59,520 nt of DNA from Chara braunii (taxonomy: Eukaryota; Plantae; Charophyceae), in contig BFEA01000023.1 of assembly GCA_003427395.1 (NCBI GenBank), positions 765,618 to 825,137 of the forward strand, given 5' to 3'. This document shows positions 23,401-34,800 of this stretch, piece by piece; positions within the stretch are counted from its first letter, which is position 1; each line of letters opens with the position of its first letter. A model generated the notes under the pieces. It was not told where the DNA came from. It saw only the letters and a program-made list of their open reading frames with translations, and did no database searches. Made by a program: the position numbers and the translations under genes.

Positions 23401-24500
23401 TTGCAATGTTTCTGTTGCAGCCTGTCTTTTATCATTCCATGCTAAGTTAGCCCCTTGTCTTACCATTTCCCTCAGGGGCTCTGCAAGGGCAAGAAAATGA
23501 GGAATGAAAATCCTTCAAAATTCACAGACTCCCAAGAAGCTCCTGACGGCTGTCACTCTTTTGAGAGGCAGAGACCAGTTCAAGATCTTGTCTATCTTCT
23601 TGGGGTTTGGGCTCCTACCCTTGGAGAAACATCTGAAGCCCAAGGTTATCACTTGTGGTTGGAAGAGAAGGGACTTTGGTCCACTAGCCGTCAGATTGTA
23701 CTTCTGAAGTCTCTCTAGGACCATCTTTACTCCTTCAGCATGTTCCCAGACAAACTTCCCGACTCCCCTTGCGACCAAAGTCTCATCTTTTACCGAGGGC
23801 CCTTTTACAAGATTATCATCAATGTAGGGACTGGTTATTTCAGGAGAAATATCCTGCATGACTTTGATTATATCCCTTTGAACCACTGTCACTCCGTTAG
23901 TCCAGCCCTGAGGTACCACACACATCTGAACAAACCCCCTTGGCGTGTGCATGACAGTCATTGGCCGGCTAGTGGGGTCAATAGGGAACTAATCATCGCC
24001 AGAATACAGGTCAACTAGAGAATAAATACATCGATCAGCAAAGGATTCAACGAGTAGATCAGCATTAGGAAGACTATTGGAATCACGTACCGTCATTGAA
24101 TTGAGCTTCTGAAAATTCTGTATCCATCTTAGTCCGCCCCCTGGTTTCCAGAAACAAAACCAGTTGTTAGTATACGGTCCATCAGCAGGTTCAACAACAT
24201 TATATGCAATCTTCTTGTGAAGGTACTTTACTACTTCCGCTTCTTCCTTTAGGGCATACTTGGTTGGTCTATCATTCCATGGAACATGATCAACCGTCTA
24301 GATTTTGACCATCTTGATCATGTCCACGTCCAACCGCCCTCTCTCTTCATCATTAAAGGAGAAAACGCCAAAAAAATTCTGACACATCTTAAAGATATAT
24401 TATTTCTCTTTAGGCATGATAAATTGATCCGAGTCTATCTTCATTATGTCGAATCTCTCTTTGGTGACTCTATTTTCCAATTTTGTTGATTCTCTCAATG
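23400..24500 (-). pseudogene. pol: Reverse transcriptase domain of pol
   Basis: VVPQGWTNGV...SPYIDD...LGF...VRSFLG; interrupted by stops. Confidence 0.92.
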
Positions 24501-24614
24501 CTCTTATAATTTTCCTCTCTTTTTCCAAGGCTTCATCATAATCTTTTTCTATTAGGACTGCCACTGGGTTTTTCTTCACCTCCTTGGGCTTATATTTTCT
24601 TTTTGACCCAGTGA

Positions 24615-25376
24615 CTATTTTCCTAAAAAAGGGTGAGTCGATGCAAATCTCAATTGCATCTTTCCTCCCTTAGCAGTCTCTACAGCCTTTTTGAAGGCTT
24701 CAATTTGCCCGTCCTCATCCTCGAGCTTACCAAGGGCTTTTATCATTTTCGAAACCTGATTGATTCCCACCGAAATCTCTTCTTTTGCTTCTCGTTTTCC
24801 TTCCTTCTTTAGTCTCCTAACCCTTTCATCAGATTCTTCCCTCCTGATCGAATTAGCAGATAGTTGATGTTTGAAGTTATTTTTCGTACTGACTATAAAG
24901 GTCTGCTCTTGAGCAGTCTCGGGATCCTGTAGACTGATCCAAGATGACCCCTCATGACTGAAAAATTGGACTGCCTCCATCCTATGCAAGAATGGAGTTC
25001 CCAAGATACAGTCATGATCCAGATCCGGCACTACAAAACCCAGTAACTCCACAGTCATTGTCCCAACCCTGATAGGCAAATTATCAATAAATTCAGCCAC
25101 GAACAACTCTCCTGCAATATTACTCAGTACATTTTGTGTAGGTCTATCAATAGATAAATTACATGCTTCCATCGTTCTTCGTGAAAAAAGTATCATTTCT
25201 GCCCCAGAATCCACCAGGGCTAGAATCTTCACTTGATTAATGCGAATTGTAAGGTGCCCACAACCCATGGTTGCAAATCTCATTTTGCAATCTGGCAGTG
25301 ATCTATTCACTTGGTTGGGAAAGACTGACCCCAAATAATTAACTTCCAATTTCTTCTTCTCAATTAACCTCTTCAA
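24615..25376 (-). pseudogene. pol: Retropepsin aspartic protease domain of pol
   Basis: ALVDSGAE catalytic motif and DCILGTPFL. Confidence 0.9.
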
Positions 25377-25533
25377 CTCCTCTCAGTTTGGGCGCTAACG
25401 TCATTGCTTCCTTGAAAGACAGTGTCACTTCCGTTTCTTCCAGCATTTCAGCAATTACATCCGAAATCACAGTCTCGTCATCCTAATCACTCTTGAGAAT
25501 AAATTTTCTCTTTCTCCCCTGTTTATTCTTTTT

Positions 25534-27084
25534 CTATGAACGTTCCGGTTCAGAGTCATCAAGGATGTTAGTAAGTGATTCCTCAGCCTTCTTTCTTTTC
25601 TTTTCTTCTATCATTTGAGGTGTCATACGCGTTTGGTGGTTCCTTACTTCGCAAACCCTGACACTGGGTTTCATGATAAGTTCTGGGGGTAGATCACCAT
25701 GGAATGACATCATGTTAGCCAGAAGATGAACCATTTCATTGGAAGAGGACTCTACTAATCTAAAAGGATTCTGAAAAGTAGGGTTTCCTCCCAATAGAGA
25801 CTCACTTGTTGATGCCTCGCTAGGCTCACACTCTGTCAATGTTAAGGACTGCAGAGGCAACTCAATCGTAGTATAAGGGTCACTTGCTCTTTGTACTAGC
25901 TCATTAGGCAAGTCTCCAATGAGGAAATGAACATTCACATTGACCTTTCTCTTTTTCTTAATCTTCATCTTTTCATCATGTTTAAGAGAAAGAAGCCTCA
26001 TACCTCCTGGATGTCTGGGGTCCAACTTATTCCATGAACTATTACAGACATGGCTTATTGCATCTTTCTTTGTCACCCCACTCCTTACATCCTCCTCAAG
26101 AGACTTGCAATAATTGGTAGTATGTCCTCCTTCGCCACAATAGTAGCAAGTAAAACTCCTCTTAGGACGCGCATCATATTTTCTTCTCTCTCTGTTTCCT
26201 CCATCACCATTCTTCTCATTCCTTTTTGTTATGGACGAATCCCCCTTCTTATCATGATTTTCGTTGTCATCGTTATCATCGTCATCTTCCTCACTTTCAA
26301 CTTTTTTCTTTCCCCTGTCATCCAGAACAAGCGTTGCAGGCCTTGCAACCATAAAGTTAGCCATCACTTTTTGAAGAATATTCTCAGTGGTCAGATTGCT
26401 CCCTCTATTCATTCCATTCTCAGTTTCCCAGTCCTTGGCCAAAGTGTTGATCTGATCCAGTGACCATTTCTTATGGGACACAGTAGGTAGAGTTCTTATA
26501 ATTGCAACAATTTTTTCTCACCTGAGAGGATAATGCTGAGCTTGATTAAAAACTGTTTGCTTTTCAGTGTCAGTAAAATTTCTCAAAAATATATGGCATC
26601 TCTGAGCTTCATCCAAATATGGAATTTTTCTTGCTGTTCGGATGAAGGTCTGAAGAAATACATTGAAAGTGTCATATTTAGCTCTTCTGATGTTAAGTAA
26701 ATCCTTAGTTGTTGTTGGAACTGAATCTTTCTCAAATTCTTTTTTCAGTCTCTCCTTAACCTCTTCCCAGGTAGTCACCCCTTCCATCAATTCCTGAACT
26801 GCCAGTCTTAAGTCAGTATCACAATAAGATAGAAGGTGCTTAAGCCGTTGCTTGTCTGTCCAGCCATAACTGAGTCCAAATAATTCATACTCGTCCAAGA
26901 AATCATTAACCTGAGGTCCTCTGAAACAGGGAATTCTTTCATCTGACCTCTTTGCTCTTGCAATATCTGATCCTCCTTTTATAGTATCAACTCTCTCAAC
27001 CAACTCTCGTATAACTCCAACCAAGGCATCTTCATTGGTCCCTGCTGATGTACTCGGCCTTCCTCGTCCCGCCATCTTGACCAT
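25534..27084 (-). pseudogene. gag: Gag (capsid-like region plus CCHC zinc knuckle); in-frame stop at 26518
   Basis: IPCFRGPQVNDFLDEYE...WEEVKERLKKEF; zinc knuckle CYYCGEGGHTTNYC; lies directly upstream of the protease. Confidence 0.88.
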
Positions 27085-27144
27085 AGATCTTTCCCAAGTA
27101 TTCTCTTCTCTTTCTATGACTCTTATCCTTTTCCTCTCTGCCCT

Positions 27145-27411
27145 TCAATCTCTCACTCTTCTCGCAAGAGATACAGGTCCGTTTCTCTCTTCTCTTGTCT
27201 GCTCTACCCTCTGACAATTATGTACGTATAGGGTATAAGCAATAATAGATTGAGTAGTGATCAAGGGCAGTGCAATCCTTCTCAGCCTTCCAATATAATC
27301 TTCAATCAACTCTCTCTCATCATCCCTACTTAGTCTTCTGTCATACCCCTTTACTGTATCCCGAATCATGAAATATCGAGTCAGGTCCATAATCTCATAA
27401 TGAAATTGCAT
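27145..27411 (-). CDS. Leader accessory ORF B2 (88 aa, family B), in frame with gag
   Basis: ALPLITTQSIIAYTLYVH motif shared with B1/B3/B4. One TGA and 20 open codons separate it from the gag ATG. Confidence 0.7.
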   Translation of the reverse strand: MQFHYEIMDLTRYFMIRDTVKGYDRRLSRDDERELIEDYIGRLRRIALPLITTQSIIAYTLYVHNCQRVEQTREERNGPVSLARRVRD

Positions 27412-27414
27412 CGT

Positions 27415-27705
27415 TTACAACCCACTGTTGATCCTTCTTGAAAGAGAAACTCGTTCCCGAGAAGTGTAATATGATACTCTCTCAGTAGTTCCCACTTTCA
27501 CCACCTTTAACAAATAGCTTATCTCAGTCTGGTCAGTAACATTTCTCAAGGCAGAATCTCTCATGCGATCAATGAAAGGCTGCAAAAACTCAAGTTCATC
27601 TAGGGTAGAAAGATTTATGTCAGAGATCCGAAGAGTCTCATCTACCTTGACTATTCTACCTTCCAACACAACTCCCAGCGTCAGCTGTTCAATCAAGCTG
27701 GACAT
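27415..27705 (-). CDS. Leader accessory ORF B1 (96 aa, family B)
   Basis: LS..DE.E....I.R.R..AL...T.Q..I.Y.L.V...VSL.RR shared with B2; its TAA lies 3 nt before the B2 ATG. Confidence 0.7.
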   Translation of the reverse strand: MSSLIEQLTLGVVLEGRIVKVDETLRISDINLSTLDELEFLQPFIDRMRDSALRNVTDQTEISYLLKVVKVGTTERVSYYTSRERVSLSRRINSGL

Positions 27706-27803
27706 TGCTAATCATCATAAACAACTTCGTGTCTCAAAATTACAAAGGGATTATCATGTCCTATCACCTCATAAGGTTTGACCCTCGCAGTAGTTATTCC
27801 TGG

Positions 27804-28298
27804 CTACTGAGAGCATTCTTCTTGGACTCTCTTCACTTTCCATGCAAACTTTATCATGGCATACCAATTGTATCTTGGGAATGTGAGTCCCTCAACAAGT
27901 GGAGATGGTATCCCAACAAAAAGTCTGACATAGGTACTAAGGGAGAAATTTCTTCCCTCGCGCTTTAATCTTATCTTCTCATCATGCACTAGATTCGACG
28001 CTCGTTGCCAACACGCACCTTTTTGGTTTTCATCAAATCTCTGCTTTGGCACATAAATTCCAATATCATATTCATGAAGATCAATAAAATAGCATGTAAG
28101 AACATACGGACTGTCCTGTTCTTGTCCTGATCTCTTTATGGCTTCATACCTCACGATTTCATAAGGAATTACAACCCTACCCGCTATAGAATTAAGAGAA
28201 TTCAACAACTTGTCTGATTCAGCCTTACTCAGCCCTTCATGGTCTCTTATCAGTTTAAGCTTAGATTTCTCTCTCAAGGGTATATAGCGTCGACTCAT
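27804..28298 (-). CDS. Leader accessory ORF A3 (164 aa, family A; frame stays open past the TAG to 27708)
   Basis: LLNSLN...YEIVRYE...SGQEQ..YVLT.YF..L..YD..IYVPK.R...CW; paralog of A2. Its ATG overlaps the A2 stop (ATGA). Confidence 0.75.
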   Translation of the reverse strand: MSRRYIPLREKSKLKLIRDHEGLSKAESDKLLNSLNSIAGRVVIPYEIVRYEAIKRSGQEQDSPYVLTCYFIDLHEYDIGIYVPKQRFDENQKGACWQRASNLVHDEKIRLKREGRNFSLSTYVRLFVGIPSPLVEGLTFPRYNWYAMIKFAWKVKRVQEECSQ

Positions 28299-28789
28299 CT
28301 GACTCTTTGGCCTCTCCTCACTTTCTGGGCAAACTCAATCACCGCAAACCAATCATCTTTTGATAAATTTAAATTAGGCAAGGGAGGGGCTGAAAATCCC
28401 TCAAAGATAGTAAATCGAGTTGATCCAATGAAGTTCTTATTTTCCCTCTCAAATTTATCTTTCTATTTCAGTACCACTTCCTCATCAAATCTCCAGCATC
28501 TCTCATATACTGCATCAGCACTTCTTTCTTTTGGGACATAAATTCTTACGTCGTACACATCCAGGTATGTGAAATAGAATGTCAGTACATATAATCGTTC
28601 CTGCTCCCATCCGCTCTCGACCATCTCATACCTGACAACTTCATATGAAAATGTCTCTCTCTTGCTTAGAGTATTCAACGACCTTAGGAGACATTCAACC
28701 TTCTCTTGACGTGGACCTGAACCTCTGCTAAAATTCGACCTTCTTTGTCTAATTACTTCTGCTGAAATCTCTTCAGCTCTCATGACCAT
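28295..28789 (-). pseudogene. Leader accessory ORF A2 (~164 codons, family A) with an internal TAG at 28463
   Basis: Reading through the TAG gives ..KDKFERENKNFIGSTRFTIFEGFSAPPLPNLNLSKDDWFAVIEFAQKVRR, colinear with the A3 C-terminus. Confidence 0.75.
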
Positions 28790-29252
28790 CGTTCCTTTTC
28801 TCCCTTGTCAATACCATGTTGATTATTGGCAGCCAGTTAGTCCCATCACAATAGCTGTCAGGTACAAGAGGAATTAGAAGAGTCTTGTAAGTTACTGGCA
28901 TTATACCCCATTCCACTTTCCTCTTTTGCTTGATCAGATCTGTCTTTTCATCATAAATAAACTGGATCACGATCTCCCATAACCTGTTAAAATTCTCACC
29001 ATCATTGCTGCCTCCTTCCTTGACATATGGGCGGATATCATAGATATCTCACTCAAAGAAGTGAGTCATCACTACACAGATGGTTGAGCCACGAGAGTGA
29101 TAGCCCCAACAAGCCTCATATCTGTAAGGAAATATTCCTCTTGTAGTAAATTTAGACAATTCTTTCAGAACACCGTCGACCAGCATTTGTCTCGATCCGT
29201 CTCACCCTCTTCCTTTCAATTCCTTTCAGCGTGTTGGGCGATAATTGGGCAT
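28773..29252 (-). pseudogene. Leader accessory ORF A1 (160 codons, family A) with three in-frame TGA
   Basis: MPNYRPTR*KELKGRG*DGSRQMLVDGVLKELSKFTTRGIFPYRYE...FFE*DIYDIRPYVKE...DGTNWLPII; same length and motifs as A2/A3. Confidence 0.65.
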
Positions 29253-29501
29253 ACCTGGTGTCAAGATCGATTCTCTCCAGTCAATAATATCGATCTCCTT
29301 TTCCCGATCCAGTGTGGTACCTCACACAAGGAAGAAATAAATAACAGTTAGCAGTCGCGATTCTCAAGAGAATCGGGACTCAAATGAGAATAATAAAAAT
29401 TATCACGAAACTCACAAAAATGTCAACAGTTCTCACGTCCTAATCAAAGCTCAAAGATGATGATGACCCAGACTCGTTCCGGAAACGAAAATCTTTTCAT
29501 G

Positions 29502-29519
29502 TCCCCGACAACGGCGCCA
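29502..29519 (-). promoter_or_regulatory. Primer-binding site complementary to the 3' end of tRNA-Asp
   Basis: Minus strand TGGCGCCGTTGTCGGGGA, 4 nt downstream of the LTR end; 17/18 match to the plant tRNA-Asp(GTC) PBS TGGCGCCGTTGCCGGGGA used by Athila elements. Confidence 0.9.
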
Positions 29520-29993
29520 TTTTTGTCGGACTTTTTCCAACTAGGCTACTTCGGGCGACCGAAAAGCCAACAGGCTTTCACGCAGGATTTTCTATGCTGA
29601 TTGCAATAAATAAAACAAATTAAATAATGCAAATCCCTTCCTGTTGTGTGCGTCCGACTTCGAGCGAGACCCTTCAATTGTAGTCTTCGCCGGTCCCCGG
29701 TCTTAGGAATCTTTTATTTTGATTCGGAACAACTAGAATTATGCAAATAATAACCATAAAATTATGGGGTGCTATGCATGCATCAATTATGTCAATTTGA
29801 TTTTGAGAACTGTGACAGAATCATCCACGATAGCAATCATCAGACAAGAACAATGCAAGAAGCAAGACCTACTGACTCGAGCAAAGGCAAGATCAAATGA
29901 ATGAGGGAAGAATGAGAACTCATAATAATCTCAAAAAGTACACATAAACAAGCATGGTCAACACCTCTCAAGAGTCCTCACTCATCCCTCTAG

Positions 29994-30667
29994 TCAGTCC
30001 CTCTCAATCTCTCTTTTCACTGATCTTCTCTGGTGCCGTGACCCACGCCCACGTACAATCTGAGACTGACGCTTCGCAACAAAATGCAACCAGAAGCCAG
30101 CAAACTCTGAGCATGACCATCCGAGGCACATGACACGGTAGTTAACCATGGAGCAAAACTCCTCCCACAAAGTAGGCAGTCCATCCACTGAAAAGACTCC
30201 TCGTCAGAGGTAGGGATACTCGGTGGGCTCGGTCAGCGCCTCAACGTCGATCACTGCCAGAGAGATGTACCTCTTTGCCAAACCAATCACATCCAGCCAA
30301 CTCGTGCCATCTGTGAGGAGAGAAGGGACTGCAGGCCTAGGATAGTCAGTATAAAACATCGGCCAAAAACTGCGGATCAACGTAATGCCACTCTTTTCTA
30401 GCTCCCTCTCTCTCTGCTCAAGGTATTCGGTGGCTGAGATCCAGACAGGATCGAAAAGCTCATGAGCCTCCTTGCCCTTCTTCAGGTAAGGCCTCAGATC
30501 GTGGATAGTGCCATCAACAAAACTGACTGGACAACGAAGATTGACCGATCTCCCTGTCTGAAACCAATGACACTAACATACTGATAATGGAATGCCGCTT
30601 TGCATGAAATCCGGTTGAGGCTGGCCAGCACTGACTCACTGACCGGCGTAGGCTGAACTGTGCTCAT
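29994..30667 (-). pseudogene. ORF A4 copy in the 5' LTR (same frameshift as the 3' LTR copy)
   Basis: Colinear with 11000..11673. Confidence 0.65.
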
Positions 30668-30995
30668 GAGTACTCTTGCTAGTGCGAACCCACCAGATGG
30701 TCATGAAAAACTAGTTACCAAACTGATTGCTGAAAACTGATTGCTGAAAACTGATTGCTGAAAACTGATTGTTGATGATTGATTACTGAAAACTGATTGC
30801 TAATGATTGCTACTGAAAACTGATTGCTGATGATTGCTACTGAAAACTGATTGCTGATGATTGATTACTGAAAACTGTTTGCTGAAAATTGAATGCTGAA
30901 AACTGTTGTTTTGAAGTCTAGCCCAGCTCTCTACAGTCTGCCTGCGCCAGACGCACACTCATCTTTTTTATCCTGAAGTAGGTAATTAACTTGTC

Positions 30996-31250
30996 TCACT
31001 GAGAATCCCGGACAACCTTTCTTGCTTCCTCTACAGTGCCCACTGAGAAAATAGTAGCGCACAACTTACCGTTTTTGTCATATAAATAATAAATATACTC
31101 AATCTGGGTGTGGTCCCTTACCAGCGTCAAAGCATGCTCGATCATCATGATTGTCTGCTAATTGTATTCTTTTACTGCGCTCTCCCTCCAGTCCTTTGCC
31201 ACGCCCTGACGCAGTGAACATGCCACCCTTATAATGTCACTATCACTCAT
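30996..31250 (-). pseudogene. ORF B3 copy in the 5' LTR with a premature TAG
   Basis: Colinear with 11975..12229; CAG>TAG after ...KEYN. Confidence 0.65.
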
Positions 31251-31605
31251 TTATCCCCTGAGTTTTCGCTGTTTGGTTACCAGTTGACTGCTGCTGCTGA
31301 GATTGCCGCCCTGAAGTGCTGTTTCTAACTACTTAACTGGTTGTTGTTTACTGATTGCTGTTGAGAGGGCTGTAGCTGCTAGTTAGAGAGAAGGGATTGA
31401 TTGCTGATTAGATAACTGACTGATGACTAAGTAGAAAACAGATCGACTGCTGCTCAAATGCCAATTAGCACAATGGTTGTTCATGTTCCGTCAATATACT
31501 AGGTACTCCGTTGTGATCTGTTTACAGAAGTCTGCCTGTTCTCTCTAGTCTGAATCTGCCTGAGGTGAATTTGCCTCTCTCGGTGCTGATGTCTAAGCTC
31601 TCTTA

Positions 31606-31857
31606 CTAGTTTTCAGTAACCTTTCTCCTCGCCTCCTCAACAGATCCTACCGACGAGAGGGTACTGTGTAATCTCCCGTCTGACCTATGAATGTAGAAGG
31701 TATACTCAATAAATGTCTGGTTCTTCACTCGCTCCAAAGCCTGTTCCATCATGATTCTTTTCTGATAACAAAGGCCATGTATAACTCTTTCCTCCCAACC
31801 TTCACTTCTGTCTTGATGCAGAGTACATGTCACCCTCAATATTCTTTCACCCTCCAT
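31606..31857 (-). CDS. ORF B4 copy in the 5' LTR
   Basis: One amino acid different from 12585..12836. Confidence 0.7.
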   Translation of the reverse strand: MEGERILRVTCTLHQDRSEGWEERVIHGLCYQKRIMMEQALERVKNQTFIEYTFYIHRSDGRLHSTLSSVGSVEEARRKVTEN

Positions 31858-34800
31858 CTCTCTGCAGAACACCTCTCCTTTCACCCCTGTGCATAGAAAC
31901 CCTGATGTCCGCCAGAAGCTGTTTGTGAAATCCGGGTAACTAGACACAGATGGGACGGGTAACTGTACGTGCGTTATGTGTTCGTCTTGTAGGGTCTATG
32001 CAGAGTCTACAGAGTCCTCACTGATTCAGCCGAGTCTGGGCTTATCTGCTGGTTAACGCCTGAGTTCGCCGAATCCATGCATAAATGAGTTGAGTCCGTA
32101 CCGAGCCCTCTAATTCTGCATTGGATTGCCTGGTCTTGCGTAGGATTACCTGAGCTTACGTTGGACGGCTTAAGTCTTTTTTTAGGTTTGCCCAACTCAG
32201 GTTTGTGTAGCCTGGATCTGGTTCGATTTGTTCATGTCTGATTCATGTTGTCAGAGTCCAGTTAAAATCGGGTAAAAATTATCAGAGCCAAATACAAATT
32301 GTCTGAGTCGAGTGAAAATTGTATGGGTCGAACAAAAGTTGTCTGAGTCGAATTAAAAGTTTGTTTAATAGCAGGTTGAACGCTGATCAAAAGTTGATCG
32401 CGTGTTGCTTGATCACTCATTAAATACTGGTTCGAGATTGACTGCATGGTGCCTGCTTACAGTCAATAACAACGAGTCCTTATCCGCTCGCCACCGTGCT
32501 GAGTACTGGCTGTGGCCAAACTGCACTGAGCACTGCGTACTACTACACATGACCGACACCGTTTACTGTAAACAACGTTATGTGACTAAAGTCGTGGATC
32601 GCCTTTTAATTAATTTTTCAAGCAGAGTTCTCAAGGAGAGGCCTAAACACCTTGAAGCTTTCCTTAGACTCTAACCTGATCCTTTCCCAACAGCCTCATT
32701 GTACGAGTAAGTGCTGTGTAGTTTTCCGTCTGATCCATAGATGTAGAGGGGGTAGCCAATGAATCCCTGACAGGGGTTTTCAATTACCCTCCTCGAGCTC
32801 CCAGTAACCGTTTCCAGTTCGACTTAGTTAACATCCTTATGAATTACCTGTCGGTTCACTGGATACAGATGGAGGTTCGCAAGAGCTCCATCTACTAACA
32901 GCCCCTTTGATTCAGTCCTGCAGTCCAGGGTTTGAGATCGGCTCAGACGATCCTACGAGGCTACGCCAACTCGCTAGCACCAGGCTTTCCCTCTCTGATG
33001 TGCCCTTGAGCAGGCCGTAACTCAGGTCACACACCGAATGCTACAAACATGCTTCCTTTCTCCGTCCAAGATTGTTTGCATTATTCGCAGCGGATTCACT
33101 GCAGCTGGCCCGTTGGTAACGTGCCGCCAACGATTTAACATGGACTGTCGAGTTGGAAGAAGTAACATCACACAATTAAACAGAAAGGGGCTCATAAAAC
33201 TGTTCGCTCCTGAAACAGACTACTTCCCCTGTTAGAGGGCTCATCTTCAGATAGTACAGTTTGAGACATTGTTGGTAAGGGCCTGTTCCGTCCCCCACAT
33301 ATGACTGCACAGGTAGGCTTCCTCACTTGGACGATGCACGGGGCCAGTTGACTCATGTTCAACACATGATCCGGTTTTAATTAGTGATAACTCTTGTACG
33401 ATAAACTCAAACGACGCCATACAACCCATTACGCATAGGGGAAGAATGTAGATGCAATACCAGTGGAAGCCTCTTTCTCACAAATAATGCAACGATGAAT
33501 TTCGTTTCAGACCCTACTCAACACTTTTGTCATTAATACGAGTGAGACCCAAGTCTGAGTTATCTGTAAACTTTGCCTAATGTCGAGCTAATCACAAGCC
33601 CATCCTCAATGACACGCCCCAAGGCCGCCAACCACAGACCTCGCTCAATTGTCCATTGAGTACCATTGCCCAGGAAAATACGACAATTTACATGGCTACT
33701 CGCCAGACTCATACTGCAGATGCGAAACCTTCTGCTTTTACTTTTTTCCTAAAAGAAAGAAAGAAACAACTATGGCCCGGTTCTGTCCAATCATCACAAC
33801 GCATCACAGCCATTACGACTTTGTCCTGTTCATACTTACAATCTGAGGTCTGACCTACAGATGCACTTATGTCTGGGATCATTTATCCATAGTTCATTAT
33901 GTACTCGAACCAGCCAAATTAGAGTGCAGACAGCTAATCCCCGTCGAACAGGTATTTAGCCAGTAGGTAAGCTATCTTCCTCAATACTAGTTTTCTTTTG
34001 TTCATTAATCAGGGCTCAAAACTAGGTCATCAACAAATAAGGAAAAGTAACAGGGATGTCATGATACACGCCCACCCGAGTCCGAGTGGCTATGAGAAGT
34101 AGTTCAGAAGCCCCTCATGTAGAGCCCAGACAAGGCAAATACCCGAGCCGTGTGTCTGACCAAGAAGGAAAACATTCTTGCCTCAAAAAAAAAATTGGAA
34201 AGATTCAAGATCGAAAATAATAAAAGAAAACCAGTCCCTTGCAACACAGAATTATTTAACTTTTCCAGAGCACTATCCCCTTACCCTACTAACAACACTA
34301 TCACAATTAAACAGGAGAGCAACAAACCGATGTTTTATTAAGATTCTATCGGTCGTGGTAGTTAATTCACCATTCTCTTAAGCGGCGTGATCCTTCAACA
34401 CCCAAGCATACTTAGTTGTCGCTCAGTTCAGTCCCTTTCAATCACATCGTCATTACTCCCGTCAAAGGTGACTAACTCTTGCGTGCTAAGTTCAAGCTCG
34501 CGTCCTTTTGCCTATCGAAAGTCAAATCTCATCAGGCCAACACCGATCANTGAGCTCGCTAATCAACNNCCAATNCTCATCACTTTTGTCCTTAAAAACA
34601 GAACTTAGTAGCCCACGATCCCTCGTAGCACGAACTCGGCTCACCTCCCCACTCCGCTTTGAAGAGGTAACAAGGGAGGAGACTCGGGTACACCCCAGCA
34701 CCCAAAAACATTTGACGTCTACAGGAAGGCTTGAACGACTGCCCCGTTTAAAACCCTGACTCAGTCTCCCAGCACTCAGAATGTACCCATATTGGGTGGA

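Noticed and set aside
21334-27084. Active autonomous gag-pol
   Set aside because: Several in-frame stops and frame changes interrupt gag, RT, RNase H and integrase.
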